Part shown: piece by piece, positions 1 to 12,673 of the stretch
Position numbering within the stretch: position 1 is the stretch's first letter
Layout of the letters: the number at the start of each line of letters is the position of its first letter
Assembly (NCBI RefSeq): GCF_004010195.1
Contig: NC_057718.1
Coordinates: 13,690,553 to 13,748,039, forward strand
From: Chiloscyllium plagiosum
Taxonomy: Eukaryota
DNA length: 57,487 bases
Direction of reading: 5' to 3'
Translations under genes and position numbers: made by a program
The notes under the pieces: generated by a model
The model's input: only the letters and a program-made list of their open reading frames with translations
Database searches by the model: none
What the model was told of the DNA's origin: nothing

Positions 1-45
1 TCCAGGGCATCTCTCACTTCAGGAAGACCTTTGGGATTATTAGCA
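1..45 (-). CDS. TTC13: TTC13 coding exon 17 (partial, runs off window)
   Basis: Acceptor cctcctctcctccag; translates (G)ANNPKGLPEVRDALE, matching recalled vertebrate TTC13 ANNPKGLLEVREALE; phase 2 fits exon 16. Confidence 0.93.
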
Positions 46-1234
46 CTGGAGGAGAGGAGGGAAAGGTCATTTTTAGAAAGGTCTCTTAATTATAAATGAA
101 GTCATCTATATCTAATTTCTCTTATATCTTTTCATAATAAAATGTGAAAAACTACAAGCATACAAAATTACAGAACAGGGAAAGACTACCTGGTCCATCA
201 ATCCTGTCACATACCATTTGAGCAACCATCCAGAATAAAAACTTCATCCTTTGCTTCTTATTACTGTCAAGTCTCCAGCTTACAGGAAGCTTGTGTTATG
301 ATTGGAAAGTTTTTTTTGAGAATGATAATGCAACGTGATTGTCTCTCTAATTCCAAGTAGGAAAAAATAATAGTCATGTGATGCTCTTCAAGATCTGCCT
401 GACATCAAGCCTAGGTGCCTTCTTACCACAAATACAGAGAGGACAAGTGAAAGACCTGCTGGGAGAAAAGTATAAAACACTCACATCTGTCAATAAAAAT
501 GAACCCAACTGGACTAACTGTGGATGGTATTTCAATCTTCAAGTATTTTCCTTTTTTGGCCAAAAAAAGAAAAAGATTCAAAAGGTTGCCACTATACGGT
601 CAGCAGACAGAATACAGCTGAGAGTTCTCTCTGACTCACCAAACAGAAATTCAGGAGAAGAGACAGTCTCTGGTCAAAGAGATGCAACCCATGGAATCAC
701 AAAGATATATCCTGGCATTGCTTGGGAGGGTGGAGGAGAAACAATCACCAGAGCAGAGCTTACTGCTACTATTTGGTTTGGGACTCCTCCTCTTCTCAGA
801 AGTGCCTTCTGATAATCATTTGACACTAGAACTTTGCAAATTGGGAAGAAGTGCACTCTTGGAAAGCTGGGAGCGATGTTGGTCTCATTCCTGTAGAATA
901 AAGGCTGTGGGATACAACTTGGGCACAAAATGTTCAATTGGGTTATAAGTGGGAATATCTTTTCTGTTGATAGTGTTAGTTGCCTACTAAATAGTATTAG
1001 TCAATTTTGCTTTTAGTTTGTTTGTCGCAGTAAAAATCTTAAAATCACACTGAGTGATCCTCTTAGTCAACCGCAAGGAATTAAAATCTCTTACCTAGTT
1101 ATCGCTCTTCACAGGAATTCTAACATTTGAAATTGCTGCCCTAACCCCGCCAATGCTTACAAAAGTGGTCAAAATAAATAAGCATTGAATAGAGTTGCCA
1201 TTCAACATATTGCACTGTGAATAGAAACAGGGAT

Positions 1235-2052
1235 CTTGATCAGATGGGCCAATGGGCTGAGTGGCAGATGAAGTTTAATTTGGATAAATGAGGTGCTGCA
1301 TTTGGAAAACCAAATGAGAGCAGGACTTATACACTTAATAAGGTCCTGGGGAGTATTGCTGAGCAAAGAGACCTTGAAGTGCAAATTCATCATTCCATGA
1401 AACTGGAGTCGCAGGTAGATAGGAGTGAAGGTGGTGTTTGGTATGCTTTCCTTTATTGGTCAGAGTATTGAGTTTAGCAGTTGTAAGGTTATGTCGCAGC
1501 TGTGCAGGACTTTGGTTGGGCCACTTTTGGAATATTGCATGCAATTCTGGTCTCCTTCCTATTGGAAGGATGTTGTGAAACTTGAAAGGGTTCAGAAAAG
1601 ATTTACAAGGATATTGCCAGGGTTGGAGGATTTGAGCTATAGGGAAAGGCTGAATAGGCTGGTACTATTTGCCCTGGAGGCTGAGGGGTGACCTGAGAGG
1701 ATTATAAAATCATGAGGGGCATGGGTAGGGTAAATAGACAAAGTATTTTCCCTGGGGTGGGCAAGTCCAGAACTAGAGGGCATAGGTTTAAAGTGAGAGG
1801 GGAAAGATATAAAAGGGAGCTGCAGCAAATTTTCATGCAGAGGTTGGTGTGTGTATTGAATGAGCTGTCAGAGGAAGTGGTGAAGGCTGGTACAGCATTT
1901 AAAAAGGCATCTGGATGGGGATATGAATAGGAAGGGATAGGGAAATTATGGGCCAAGTGCTGGCAAATGGGACTAGATTTGGTTGGGATGGACGAGTTGG
2001 ACTGAAGGGTCTGTTTCTATGCTGTACATTTGACTTTGACTTTATGACTCTA
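1235..2052 (+). mobile_element. CR1-type LINE 3' fragment (decayed)
   Basis: RT C-terminal peptides LEYCMQFWSP...LERVQKRFTR and SRTRGHRFKVRG; ends in tatgactcta-like tail. Confidence 0.85.
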
Positions 2053-2202
2053 TCCAGTGTAGTTGCAAATCTCTTCAAATGCACAGTATTTTTGAAATGT
2101 GGATGTTAAAGTCGTTCCTTTGATTAAAGGGTAACATGGCATGGAAGGTTAGCAGACAATTCAAATTGTCCAGCAAGACTTTTTAAAAAAAAAGTGAATT
2201 AC

Positions 2203-2286
2203 CCATGATAAACAAGAATTCTGTCTTTAATAAAGTTCAGTATTTTGTCGAAATATGCCAAGTATCGCATGTTAATTATTTGACCC
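2203..2286 (-). CDS. TTC13: TTC13 coding exon 16
   Basis: ag/gt flanked, 84 nt, GQIINMRYLAYFDKILNFIKDRILVYHG. Confidence 0.96.
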
Positions 2287-3244
2287 CTAAGGAAGAGAGA
2301 ACATAATTATTCACTGTTGATAGGATTAGGATTAACAGAATACAAGAGATTCAAAACTTCAGCTGAGGGTGTATAAAACCAGTAAACAGAAAAGTACATC
2401 AAATCCATACGTTAAGAGGACCAGGAGGAGGAGATCACTTTATGCAAAAGTAAGCTGAGAGAGCAAGAAGATCTGCTCCCATTGTTTGGTGTACACATAG
2501 TACACTTATCTTAAATTTTCTCTACCTCTGCCTGATTAGCATTAATTCCATCTCATCCCAAATCTGCCATACTGTAATGGAGCGTCATAGCAGCAAAACT
2601 GTGCTCTATCAATGGTGCAAGCTGATTAATACCAATCATTTAGGGATTTGTACTTTCATGGGTCATATAGGTGCATACACTTCACATAATTTTAAATCAA
2701 TCCCCCCCATTCTCAGGCACACAGTTGTGGTTGCTGGTCCTCACTGATCTTGACATTCAGATTTAGGACTTACCCCACCCAGAGAACTGCACTAACAACT
2801 ATTTCCAAACCTTCAGGCTCACATAACTTAAACAAACCACAAACAAGAAAAATCAATCAATAACACCAAATAGACTCGGCTTCAATGGTCATACTGTGGA
2901 CTGTATGTGACCCAAATGGCAGAGTCAGGAGACTTTGCTTTAGTGAACACAGAAGCTACAGCAACAGATGGCTCAGAATGAATGTTTCTTTTCCAAGAAC
3001 AATAATACATCACCCCCTCTTCCCATCGGCTCATCCAACACAAACATACAAGATTAATAAATTAAGGCAAAACTGGGAGAGAAGGTAAACATACTACAAG
3101 TCAACCCATTTCTGAACCAACAAAAAGCAGCAATATGCAAAGTTTCAACAGCTAACATCTCTCCACACCAATGTTCCCATTGTCAACTCCATTCTCCTGC
3201 TGCATAGACTTCAGGAGGAATATTCCAAAGTCCCGAAATTCACT

Positions 3245-3782
3245 AAAAACAAAGAACAAAACAGCGCAAGAGCAGGCCCTTCAGTCCTCCAAACCTGCAC
3301 CAACATATTTTGACGTCCCACGCTAAAACTGCCTTCACTTACAAACCCATATCCCTCTATTCCCTTCCTATTCATGTATTCGGCCAGGCATTTCTTGAAT
3401 ACTGCTGTTGTGTCTGCTTCCACCAGCTCCTCTGGCAGGGCATTCCAGGCACACACTACCCTTGGTGTGAAAAACTTGTCTTGCACATCTTTTTTTAAAC
3501 ATTGCCCCTGTACCTTCAACCCGGGTCCCTTAGTAATTGACTGCTCCACCCTGGGAAAAGCCTCATACTTTCCACTCTATCCATGCCATTCATAATCTTG
3601 TGAACTTCTGTCAGGTCACCACTGAACCTCCTGTGTTTCAGTGAAAACAAGCCCAGTCTATCCAACCTTACTTCATTGCTAAAATCCCCTATACAAGGCA
3701 ACATCCTGGATAACCTTTTCTGTACCCTCTCCAAAGCATTGGCATCCCTCTGGCAATGTCGTGACCAGAACTGTATACAATA
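3245..3782 (-). mobile_element. CR1-type LINE 3' fragment
   Basis: ERVQKRLSRMLP...FFTPRVVCAWNALP. Confidence 0.85.
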
Positions 3783-3849
3783 AGTGAAGCATCATAGAAG
3801 AAAAATGGCACTCCCCTAGTGTATACTCAGGGTAAAGCATTGATTTTGG

Positions 3850-4200
3850 CTTAAGAGTAACACTCGCATTCGAGTCAGAAGATTGAGAAGATTATGTCCT
3901 AATCCAGAGGCTGTTCCATTTTTGAAGGTGGTACCTTTTGGATGTGACGCAGACTGAAATCTTAGCTGCCTTGTCAGGAGGGTCTCAAAGTGCTGAGCAC
4001 CTCCCTTTGGTATAATGGCCAGCATTTATCTTCAACAAATATCACCAACTGTCTGGTCATTTGTTTTACTGCTATTTTGGAAACTTGCGGTGCTCAGATT
4101 GACTACACCTTCCCGGCACAACTCCAAAATACTTAATTGGCTGTGAAGCATTTTGGTACATCTTAAGATGTTGCATGGAACTACATCAATGCAAGTTTTT
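3850..4200 (+). mobile_element. Old Deu-domain/SacSINE1-like SINE remnant
   Basis: Resembles 47270-47560 (tggccagcatttatc..., ctggtcatt..., aagcattttgg..., aatgcaagttttt); family assignment from memory. Confidence 0.4.
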
Positions 4201-4440
4201 CTGCAGGATCTCCGTGAATGGGAAACCTTTTTATTGTTAAACCAAGTGGTCTTTGCTTTAACCTTACATGCCAGCGTAGGTGAGGATGAGGTCAGGGTGA
4301 GGAAGTAAATTTTCATTTGGAAAATAAAACCAAAATAGGTTACAGAAAATGAAATGAATTAGTAATTCTCAAAAGCAGAGTTCAAAAATCCAAGATTTGA
4401 AGCAATTGATTTCAGTTGTTTTGTCAAACTTAAGGTTTAC

Positions 4441-4533
4441 CTGATGAGGTTTATATGGTTATTGAAGCCTCGGCTCAAACTCTGGGCTGGCATCTGGTCT
4501 AACCATAGTACTGGTTGATCAGGATCGGCAATT
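4441..4533 (-). CDS. TTC13: TTC13 coding exon 15
   Basis: ag/gt flanked, 93 nt, IADPDQPVLWLDQMPAQSLSRGFNNHINLIR. Confidence 0.96.
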
Positions 4534-5140
4534 CTACAGTTAAACATAAAGAAAGAATGAAGTAACTTATACAAAAAAAATCACTCCAGAAGTGAACTGC
4601 TTAGAAAAACTTGGTTTAACACTGCCAGTTTTGCTGGAGCTTTCTGTAGCAACAATGAATGCCAAATTAGCTAACGCTAGCAGCTACACCAGCAAAAGAT
4701 GGTTTCTCTTCGTATAGATACAAAAGTTCTATCCAATTGGCAATACAAATAAGGAACTGAAGAATTCCTAGCATGAACCAAAGTATGACTTGGAGTTCAA
4801 CATAACCTTAAAGTTGAAAGAAATTTAGGAAAAGACAGTATTAAAGTAACATTAGAAACAAATGAACCTAGTGATGGCAGTTAGTTACTTACTTACCTTA
4901 CAGTGAAATTAAATTATTCATCATCTCCTCCTGAAAACAATATCTGCCGCAATGCAAGGTAACATGAACACCAATATTTTTGAAAAATATTCTTCATTTG
5001 AAAGGATGGGTAGTATGCTATAGACGCCATGAGGATCATCACATCAAAGCTCAAACAGGTCCTCATCCACCATCGACAGGTTTTAACCTCTGGTATCACT
5101 CAGTAGCAATATGCAGCAGGAAGGTAAGGAATGTTTTTTT

Positions 5141-5397
5141 TAGATTAGATTAGATTAGATTACAGTGTGGAAACAGGCCCTTCGGCCCAACAAGTCCACA
5201 CCGACCCGCCGAAGCGAAACCCACCCATACCCCTACATTTACCCCTTACCTAACACTACAGGCAATTTAGTATGGCCAATTCACCTGACCCTGCACATCT
5301 TTGGATGGTGGGAGGAAACCGGAGCATCCGGAGGAAACCCACGCAGACACGGGGAGAACGTGCAAAGTCCACACAGTTAGTCGCCTGAGGCGGGATT
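5141..5397 (-). mobile_element. V-SINE (HE1-like) fragment with (TCTAA)n tail
   Basis: Reverse complement of the V domain (gggtttcctccgg...ccaaagatgtgcag) as at 18476; tagat repeats at 5141-5162. Confidence 0.85.
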
Positions 5398-5605
5398 TTC
5401 TGTATTTCTATAGTACCAATCAATTTACTGATGCCTTTCTTACTGAACCGGTGTAACTACCACACTTTCCACCTGCTAATATAGTGGATCACAAAGCAAA
5501 CTTTGGGAATTCTGGACTTTTTGGCTCAGACTACTATCGACAAACAGGTCATTGCAGAAACATCAGCAAAACCATTCTGCAGCTTTGTAGAATACCTTAT
5601 CAGTG

Positions 5606-6319
5606 TGTTGTGAAGATGTGGATGTTCTGTACCTTTAAGAGAGTTAAAACCTGATAGAGCTACCTGACATAGCACCAAGTGTTCTCAATAAGGTAACAAT
5701 GTAACACTTGGTTGAAAGCTAAATTAGCTGATTGCCTGGAAATGACAAAACAGATTCAAATTAGGCCAATCAATTTAAATTATACCTCCAAAAAAAACAA
5801 ATTCCAATCCAGTTTGAATTTAGTATATTGACAATCTTAAATGCCAATAACACCATCTGATGCTTTGGGAGTATAAGACTGGGGAAAATTGAACAGTTGA
5901 GAACTTCCCAGCTACCAGCATCTAAAAAGACGACCCGAGAAATAGCTCTCTTAAAGTTACATTTATCAATTAGTAACCTTTGAAGCAGAATTCCTAAGAA
6001 GAAAAGACCCAGGAAGATCCAAATAGAAGAACCGAAAGCTGCCTGGTTTTGAGATAAAAAGTTTTGTTTTTGTAAATCTTAATTGGGAGTTTTATCGGAC
6101 TAGTATAGTGGAAGGGCAAGGTAAGTGATAGGTTACAGGACGGAGTTGTAAATAGTTGTTAGTTAATTATTCTCTGTTATACTTTAAGAAATAAAGTTGT
6201 TAATTTTTACTTTAAATAGTTCTTGGCCTATCGAAATTTCACAGGTTACTACACGGGATAAGTCTTTTCTGTTTTGCTGGTTTTAAACTAAGCAGGAGAG
6301 TTTACCCCATGTCGTAACA
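5606..6319 (+). mobile_element. Solo LTR, 714 bp
   Basis: Termini TGTTG...TAACA; 4-bp TSD AGTG at 5602-5605 and 6320-6323; TATAA near 5873; AATAAA near 6190. Confidence 0.8.
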
Positions 6320-6773
6320 AGTGGGGAACATTTTGAGGGAATTTTGTATTCATTTTGGCAAATCTTATTTTCAAAACCTCTAAAAGTGCACTTATCCAAG
6401 ATATAATCCAAATTCTGGCCTTATTGCTGCAAGAAGCACAGCACTGAAAAATAAAAGGCTAAAAGGTAGTTTTCCTTAGACAAACCAACAGAATTTCTAT
6501 TTTCATCATTGTTGGCAACGTCAAAGGATGGCATTTGTATTATGAATTGTGATATTTCATGCCAAAATTGATCAACATCCTGAAAACAGGTCACTAAATT
6601 CAGTTATTACATTTCTCTTTAGATTTTAAGATGGTTCACAGCTATAATTATTCAATTACAGATTTGTTTTGTTACAGGAATTTAGAAAATACTAAATTAT
6701 GCTGCGGTTGAATGGATTACACGGGTATAGGTCCTTTTTCAGTTGGAATCCTTTCACCACTTTATACCATTAC

Positions 6774-6906
6774 CTTCTCCATTTCACAGCAATATCAAAC
6801 ATGTCCTTCCACTGCATGAGTCTGGTTTTGCCACTCACACGAATTTTTGAATTTGACCATGCTCTTTGCACAACCTGCATAATTTCTAATGTTGCAAGCC
6901 CCATAG
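6774..6906 (-). CDS. TTC13: TTC13 coding exon 14
   Basis: ag/gt flanked, 133 nt, AMGLATLEIMQVVQRAWSNSKIRVSGKTRLMQWKDMFDIAVKWRR. Confidence 0.96.
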
Positions 6907-7904
6907 CTGCAGAGACACAAGAAGAGTTGTAAATTAAAACAAAATGTTTTCTGCTACAAATACTAATAAAGGTTTGTTCAATTGTGTGTTTTATTCCTTA
7001 GTTCTAAACCCACACACGTGAAATTAACATTTTAACATTATTCACTGATGGGATCGCCAGACGGTGCAGCATTATTTTCCCTTTCCATTGAGACGCGTTG
7101 GTAACTGTTGGCAACTCTAACTGTAGAAGCCCTAACATTCAAGCTTGATTTTAGTGCCTCATTTATACATTTGAACAAGGATTATTTTCAAGCAATTAGG
7201 AATCCAATAATTTCTTTCACCCCAACTCCTTTGTCCAGAGGCATAAATGCAGTTACCCAACTTGGAGATGAGCTAATGTGTGAAAACTGGATCCAATCTG
7301 GGAGCACAGATGAAGTTCACCGTGTATTCCCCACTATATTGTGATGGGTTTCAGTGATTTGCGATGCAACAATAAGAAAAACTTGTGCTGTCACAACAAC
7401 ATTCAAAAGGTGTATGTCCATTATAAACTGTATAGAACAATCTAAGCTTGGTATGAAATCTGGCAAGCAGTCCCACTATAGGGCCAGTACTTGCTTCAGA
7501 AAAACGCTTTGGACAATGCCTGCAACTGATTAGACCCAAATGTACAGGTTTTCATCTTGTCAACAGCTATCAATACAAGAGTATGGGGCTGTAGCAAATT
7601 CTAGCCAAGGCTCAACCTTCTAAACCAAGCCTCACAATGCAACAGACGTTAAAAAGAACAAACTGAATTTCTGCACATCCATCTTTAGATGGAAATGGAC
7701 AGTTATAGAGAAACATAGTCATTTGACAATGCAGTTATTTACTGAAGTCGGATAGACGCAACATATTCAAATCACTGCTCAATAATCTGGCTGCAAGAGA
7801 ATACCATCTCGAAAAGAAAAGGTGAGATGATGAGCCATTTTTAGCATAAAAACTCAATCAATGGTTGTATATTCCCTAATCTCACCATGGTTCACAGTAG
7901 AAAA

Positions 7905-8680
7905 ACTTGACTGATGACTCAGATGAGGGGGTTATCCAATGAGGAAAGAGTGAACGGGTTGGGCCCAAGTTCATTTTGGTTTAGAAGACCGACAGGCATA
8001 AAACATAAGGTCCTGAGGGAACTTGACATAAATACTGAAAGGACGGTTTCTACATTAAGAGATTCTAGAACTGAAGGGATATATTTTAAAAATATGGAGT
8101 CTCCCACTGAAGCTTGAGATGAGGAGACTTTCTCTGTCAAAAGGTTACTACCTTGTTGAACACTCCTCCGCAGAGATGGTGGAGGTAGGGTCAGAATATT
8201 TTACGTCAGAGGTGGATAGATTCAGAGTCGAGTGTGTGGTTCTGGAAAAGCCCAGGTCAGGCAGCATCCAAGGAGCATGAGAATCAACGTTTTGCGCATA
8301 AGCCCTTCATCAGGAATGAGCTGGTGGGCCGGGGAAGCTGAGAGATAAATGGGAGGGGGTTGGTGGAGAAGATGGCTGAGAATGTGATAGGTAGATGAAG
8401 GTGGGGGAGAAGGTGAGAGGTCATTGATTTAATCAATTCTCCTGCTCCTCAGATGCTGCCTGACCTGCTGTGCTTTTCCAGCACCACACTCTCAACTCTG
8501 ATCTCCAACACATGTAGTCCTCACCTTATCCTATTGGATAGATTCATGACTGACAAGGGAGTAAAGGGCATTGAGGGGGTATTAGCAATGTGGAGTTGAG
8601 GTCAAAATCAGAATAGTCACAATTTATTGAATGGTGGAGCAGCCTGGAGGAGCCAAATGGCCTATTTAAGCTCTTTATAG
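7905..8680 (+). mobile_element. Old CR1/L2-type LINE 3' fragment interrupted by a PLE insertion
   Basis: MRGLSNEERVNGLG-like peptide; sequence resumes after the 8225-8534 insertion. Confidence 0.7.
8225..8534. mobile_element. Fold-back PLE-derived insertion (family A)
   Basis: Inverted pLTR arms, tail on right; TSD TGGATAGATTCA at 8213-8224 and 8535-8546; degenerate hammerhead on minus. Confidence 0.85.
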
Positions 8681-9199
8681 AACATGGTAAATTTGCAACA
8701 AGAGTTTACAGTCAAATACAATATTAGCAGTACAGGTTTTGCTTTTTCAAGGAATATCCAAGTTAAGTGAAAACTTGCTGCAATGCTAATCCAACAAAGT
8801 ATTGCTGAGCATTTTCAGTTTCTATCGTTGAGTGCACCAACAAAAATGTTCTTTTATTGAGGGTTGTGAATCTTAGATATTAAATACTCAGCGAATTGTG
8901 GACACTGACTATTTTAGATCTACTCAAGACTGAAACCAACAGGGGACTTTGGGAATTAAGGATTATGGAGATAATATGGGAAGGTGGATTTGATGATGAT
9001 GATCAGCTATGATTTTGTTGAGCTGCTCAACACCTCAAAGTGCGAAAAATATCAGCTCCAATTGCTGATGTTAAAATGGTCACAAAATCTTCCATGGCCA
9101 GGAGCAGATTCAAGTACTCAACTGGGATGCAACATGGCTCAAAATGCACACCAGAACATTCTGAAAACATTTCCTCAGCCTGAGCATCTTGCAGCTTAC

Positions 9200-9330
9200 C
9201 TCTGTGTATCCTTTTGTTTGGAAGAAAACCAGGTGTGTCATACTGCATCAGAGAACCCAAGCGATCTGCTGCGCAAATTAGCTCTTGGACTTCAACATTG
9301 TAGCTTTCAAAGTTCTGAGGTAGGACATCT
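9200..9330 (-). CDS. TTC13: TTC13 coding exon 13
   Basis: ag/gt flanked, 131 nt, DVLPQNFESYNVEVQELICAADRLGSLMQYDTPGFLPNKRIHR (inside ORF 9027..9353). Confidence 0.96.
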
Positions 9331-9632
9331 CTAAGATTCAAAAATATTTCCAATCAAACTTAGTTTATGCAAGAGTACAAAAGTACAATATTCAAAATAG
9401 ATTATTTGACTAGCACCACAGACTGATATAATTTGAAGGGAAATCTAACTTTCTTTTCTCACAACCCAAATTACTTACCCTCTATTCACCTCACTAAAAT
9501 ACTAACAGCATTCCAAAGTTCTAGCAACAAGATACACTCAATTTTTCCTTTTATAAATTTGGATGCCAACATCATTTGTTATTTAATTCACACAGTTAGA
9601 ACCCAAGTTCTCTGGATTGACGTAACTTAATT

Positions 9633-9762
9633 CTAGAGAAAGTGAGGACTGCAGATGCTGAAGATCAGAGTCGAGAGTGTGTTGCTGGGAAAGCACAGGT
9701 CAGGCAGCATTCTGCTCCTCGGGTGCTGCCTGACCTGCTGGACTTTCCCAGCAACACACACT
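9633..9762. mobile_element. Short fold-back PLE-derived insertion (family A)
   Basis: TSD CGTAACTTAATT at 9621-9632 and 9763-9774; inverted arms, tail on left. Confidence 0.85.
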
Positions 9763-10069
9763 CGTAACTTAATTATGCACTAGTTAATTTCGTTAAGTAA
9801 TCATGTGAAGTCCAAAATCTATTCTCAATGGACCGTGCTTAGGTTCTTCAGACTATATTTATCTTCCTAACTGCACGTCCTCAATGCTCAGTTTCCAATT
9901 TTGCCATAACCAAATGCCCGTATCTTAATACCTTTGATATCATTTAATATTGCATTGAACATTTTATTCCATTCTTTGAAGAGTTTCTCTCTTGCAATAG
10001 ACACCTACATTTACTCTGAACGCCTTCATCCTGAAGCATCATACATACTCAATACAAGTGGCAAATAAA

Positions 10070-10265
10070 ACAAAACAGCGGATGCGAGAGATCTAAACAA
10101 AAAAAACAAGCGAATGCTGGAGAAACTCAACAGGCCCACAGCATCTGTGGAGAAAGCAACAGAGCCAATGCTTCATTCGGGCATGACTCTTCTTCAAAAC
10201 ATGGTTCTGAGTATCTGTTTCTCTCTCCACAGATACTGCTCGATCGGAGATGCTTCACCACTTCT
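10070..10265. mobile_element. Older fold-back PLE-like remnant
   Basis: cagcatctgtggagaaag ... ctctccacagatactgc inverted pair; related to 34285-34415 and 35645-35825. Confidence 0.5.
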
Positions 10266-10338
10266 CCTAATAAAAATCAAACTATGAAAGAAGATAATCA
10301 ATGGCTTGACAATATTAGACAGCAGTGTTAAAACTCAC

Positions 10339-10495
10339 TTTATGTGAGGTTGTAATCCTGGTTGTTCTTCATAGTCTTCTATAAGAAAGGGAAGATTCTT
10401 GGCCCAGTGATCCTTGAAATTTCCAGGAAGGTCAATGTCTATGTTATACTCCGTCACCGGCAGGTCAAGATGTGCATGTAAGTAACGTGAATATT
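10339..10495 (-). CDS. TTC13: TTC13 coding exon 12
   Basis: ag/gt flanked, 157 nt, EYSRYLHAHLDLPVTEYNIDIDLPGNFKDHWAKNLPFLIEDYEEQPGLQPHIK. Confidence 0.96.
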
Positions 10496-11369
10496 CTAAA
10501 AAGGGTTAAGCAACAATGTGCAAAGTGCTTAGAATAGCATCCACATTTACTCAAGAGTATCTAAAATTCCAGTCCATTCATTACTACCGAATGAAGTCGC
10601 CAAAATGTTGTAACTAGCTTTGCTGAAATGTTTGAGTGTAAGCCTCAAAATCTGTGTCACCCACACATGGAGCTGAACTGAGGTGATAACCTTGACAGCA
10701 CATGTTGGTGTTCCAACACACGACAACATGCACACATTGAGGGACTGAACAGCTGCTTGCAGTGGTGAGCTAGCCTATGATTCTATGAATGAGTAGGTTT
10801 TCACACAGGGCAAGATGAATTCAGCTGCATCGCTGTATGGAAAAAAGTCAAATAGAAACTAAATATTCATTTTAAGGAGAAAGTGGCAAAAATCAGAGGC
10901 AATCACAGCTATGGTGAAACTGGAAGAGGCTCGATAGTTATCGTCCTATTGCTAAGATAAAAGGAAATCCACTAAGGTACCTCTTTTTGACAGCTATCAA
11001 ACAATCCTCGGAGGGAATTAATGTGCCAATCCTCATACAAAAACAATGATAAAAAGGCAACTGACAGCTATGAAAAAATGGGTGAGGAGAAGGGAATTGA
11101 CAAAGCGCTTGCAGAAACTATTAAGGAAATAAAGAACCAGAATTGAGAAAAGCAGAAGGGCATAACATTTGCAGTCAAAATTAACATTAGCAGCTTCCCT
11201 ACACTGAAACCTAATTTATTGTCTGTAACTCAATGTTCAACTTCCAGCAAATAGTGATGGGTGAGGAATATTTGAAAATGAAACTAAAGACAGTTGCTTT
11301 TCTGCACAAGATCAGCAGTTCGATAGAGAAACAGTAGTTAAACTGGTTGTCCATAACTTGACTGGTCCC

Positions 11370-11890
11370 GTTCCTAGAACCTTGTAAATTTTCTTCAGTT
11401 GTCAATCAAATTCTCTTTTGAAAGCAAGCATTGAATCTGCCTCCACCACACAGTGATGCTGCATTCCAGATTTTAACTACTTGCTGTGTTAAAAAAAAGT
11501 TTTCATGTTATTGCCCACATTGAATAGATTAAACACATTAAATAGATCCCTGTTCATTCTCAAACCTTAAGCCATTGGAAATGTTTCTCTCTATGTACTT
11601 TGCCTAGACATCCTCATGAAGTAAATACCTCTATCAAATCTCCTGGCAATCTTCTCCTCTCCAAGTAGAACAGCCCAGCTTCTAGAAGTTCATCATCCCT
11701 GGAACCCTGACTTTTTTTGCATCTTCTCTAAAACATTCACACCCTGCCTAAATTGTGATGCCAAGAATTGGACACAATATTCTAATTGAGGCTAAACCAG
11801 TGTTTTACAAAAGATTCCTCATGAAGCGCCTTCAATTTATGATGCCCAGGATTTCCTGTTAACCACTTTCTCCATCGGCCCTGCCCCTTC
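11370..11890 (-). mobile_element. Old CR1/L2-type LINE fragment
   Basis: Reverse-strand LINE 3' motifs (gcattccaga..., ccaagaattggacacaatattc). Confidence 0.6.
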
Positions 11891-11900
11891 AGCTTTATCG

Positions 11901-12562
11901 GAGGAGAAAGTGAGGTCTGCAGATGCTGGAGATCATCCCTCTCCCAAGTCCCTCCTCCCTACCTTTTATCTTAGCCTGCTGGACAAACTTTCCCCATTCC
12001 TGAAGAAGGGCTTATGCCCGAAATGTCGATTCTCCTGTTCCCTGGATGCTGCCTGACCTGCTGCGCTTTTCCAGCAACACATTATAGCGCATCATCCGCA
12101 ACCGCAGGAGGTGCAAGACTTGCGCCCACACCTCCCCCCTCACCTCCCTCCAAGGCCCCAAAGGAAACTTCCATATCCGCCACAGATTCACCTGCACCTC
12201 CACACATATCATCTATTGCATCCTCTGCACCCGATGTGGCCTCCTCTATATTGGGGAGACAGGCCGGCTACTTGCGGAGCGTTTCAGAGAACACCTCTGG
12301 GACACCCGGACCAACCAACCCAACCACCCTGTAGCTCAACATTTCAATTCCCCCTCCCACTCCACCAAGGATATGCAGGTCTTTGGACTCCTCCATCGTC
12401 AGACCACAACAAAACGACGGTTGGAGGAAGAACGCCTCATCTTCCAGCTAGGAACCCTCCAACCACAAGGGATGAACTCAGATTTCACCAGTTTCCTCAT
12501 TTCCCCTCCCCCCAGCCTGTCTCAGTCAAATCCATCAAATCCAGCACCGCCTTCCTAACCTG
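11901..12562 (+). mobile_element. Penelope-like element fragment: pLTR plus GIY-YIG endonuclease (Neptune-like)
   Basis: Open frame 12088-12558: RRCKTCAH...FTCTSTHIIYCILCTRCGLLYIGETGRLLAERFREH...HFN...RRLEEERLIFQLGTLQPQGMN; preceded by pLTR 11936-12082 and an inverted tail 11901-11935. Confidence 0.92.
11996..12031 (+). ncRNA. Minimal hammerhead ribozyme motif (PLE pLTR)
   Basis: ATTC-CTGAAGA-A-GGGC-TTAT-GCCC-GAAA-TG-TC-GATT; helix III palindrome hit by a CpG transition. Confidence 0.65.
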
Positions 12563-12673
12563 TTCATAAGTAGGCTTTAGACAACAGAGCAATCAAAATC
12601 TATGCTAAATTTTGAACTATATCATCAGAATATGAATTTATTACACCAGTTTTACTGAATTTGAATTTCACGT

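Noticed and set aside
378..1160. 144-aa ORF and possible LTR
   Set aside because: No recognisable protein; LTR-like composition but no matching termini or TSD found
10496..10512. U12-type branch point (cttaac) before TTC13 exon 12
   Set aside because: The matching donor is gtgagt, a U2-type site
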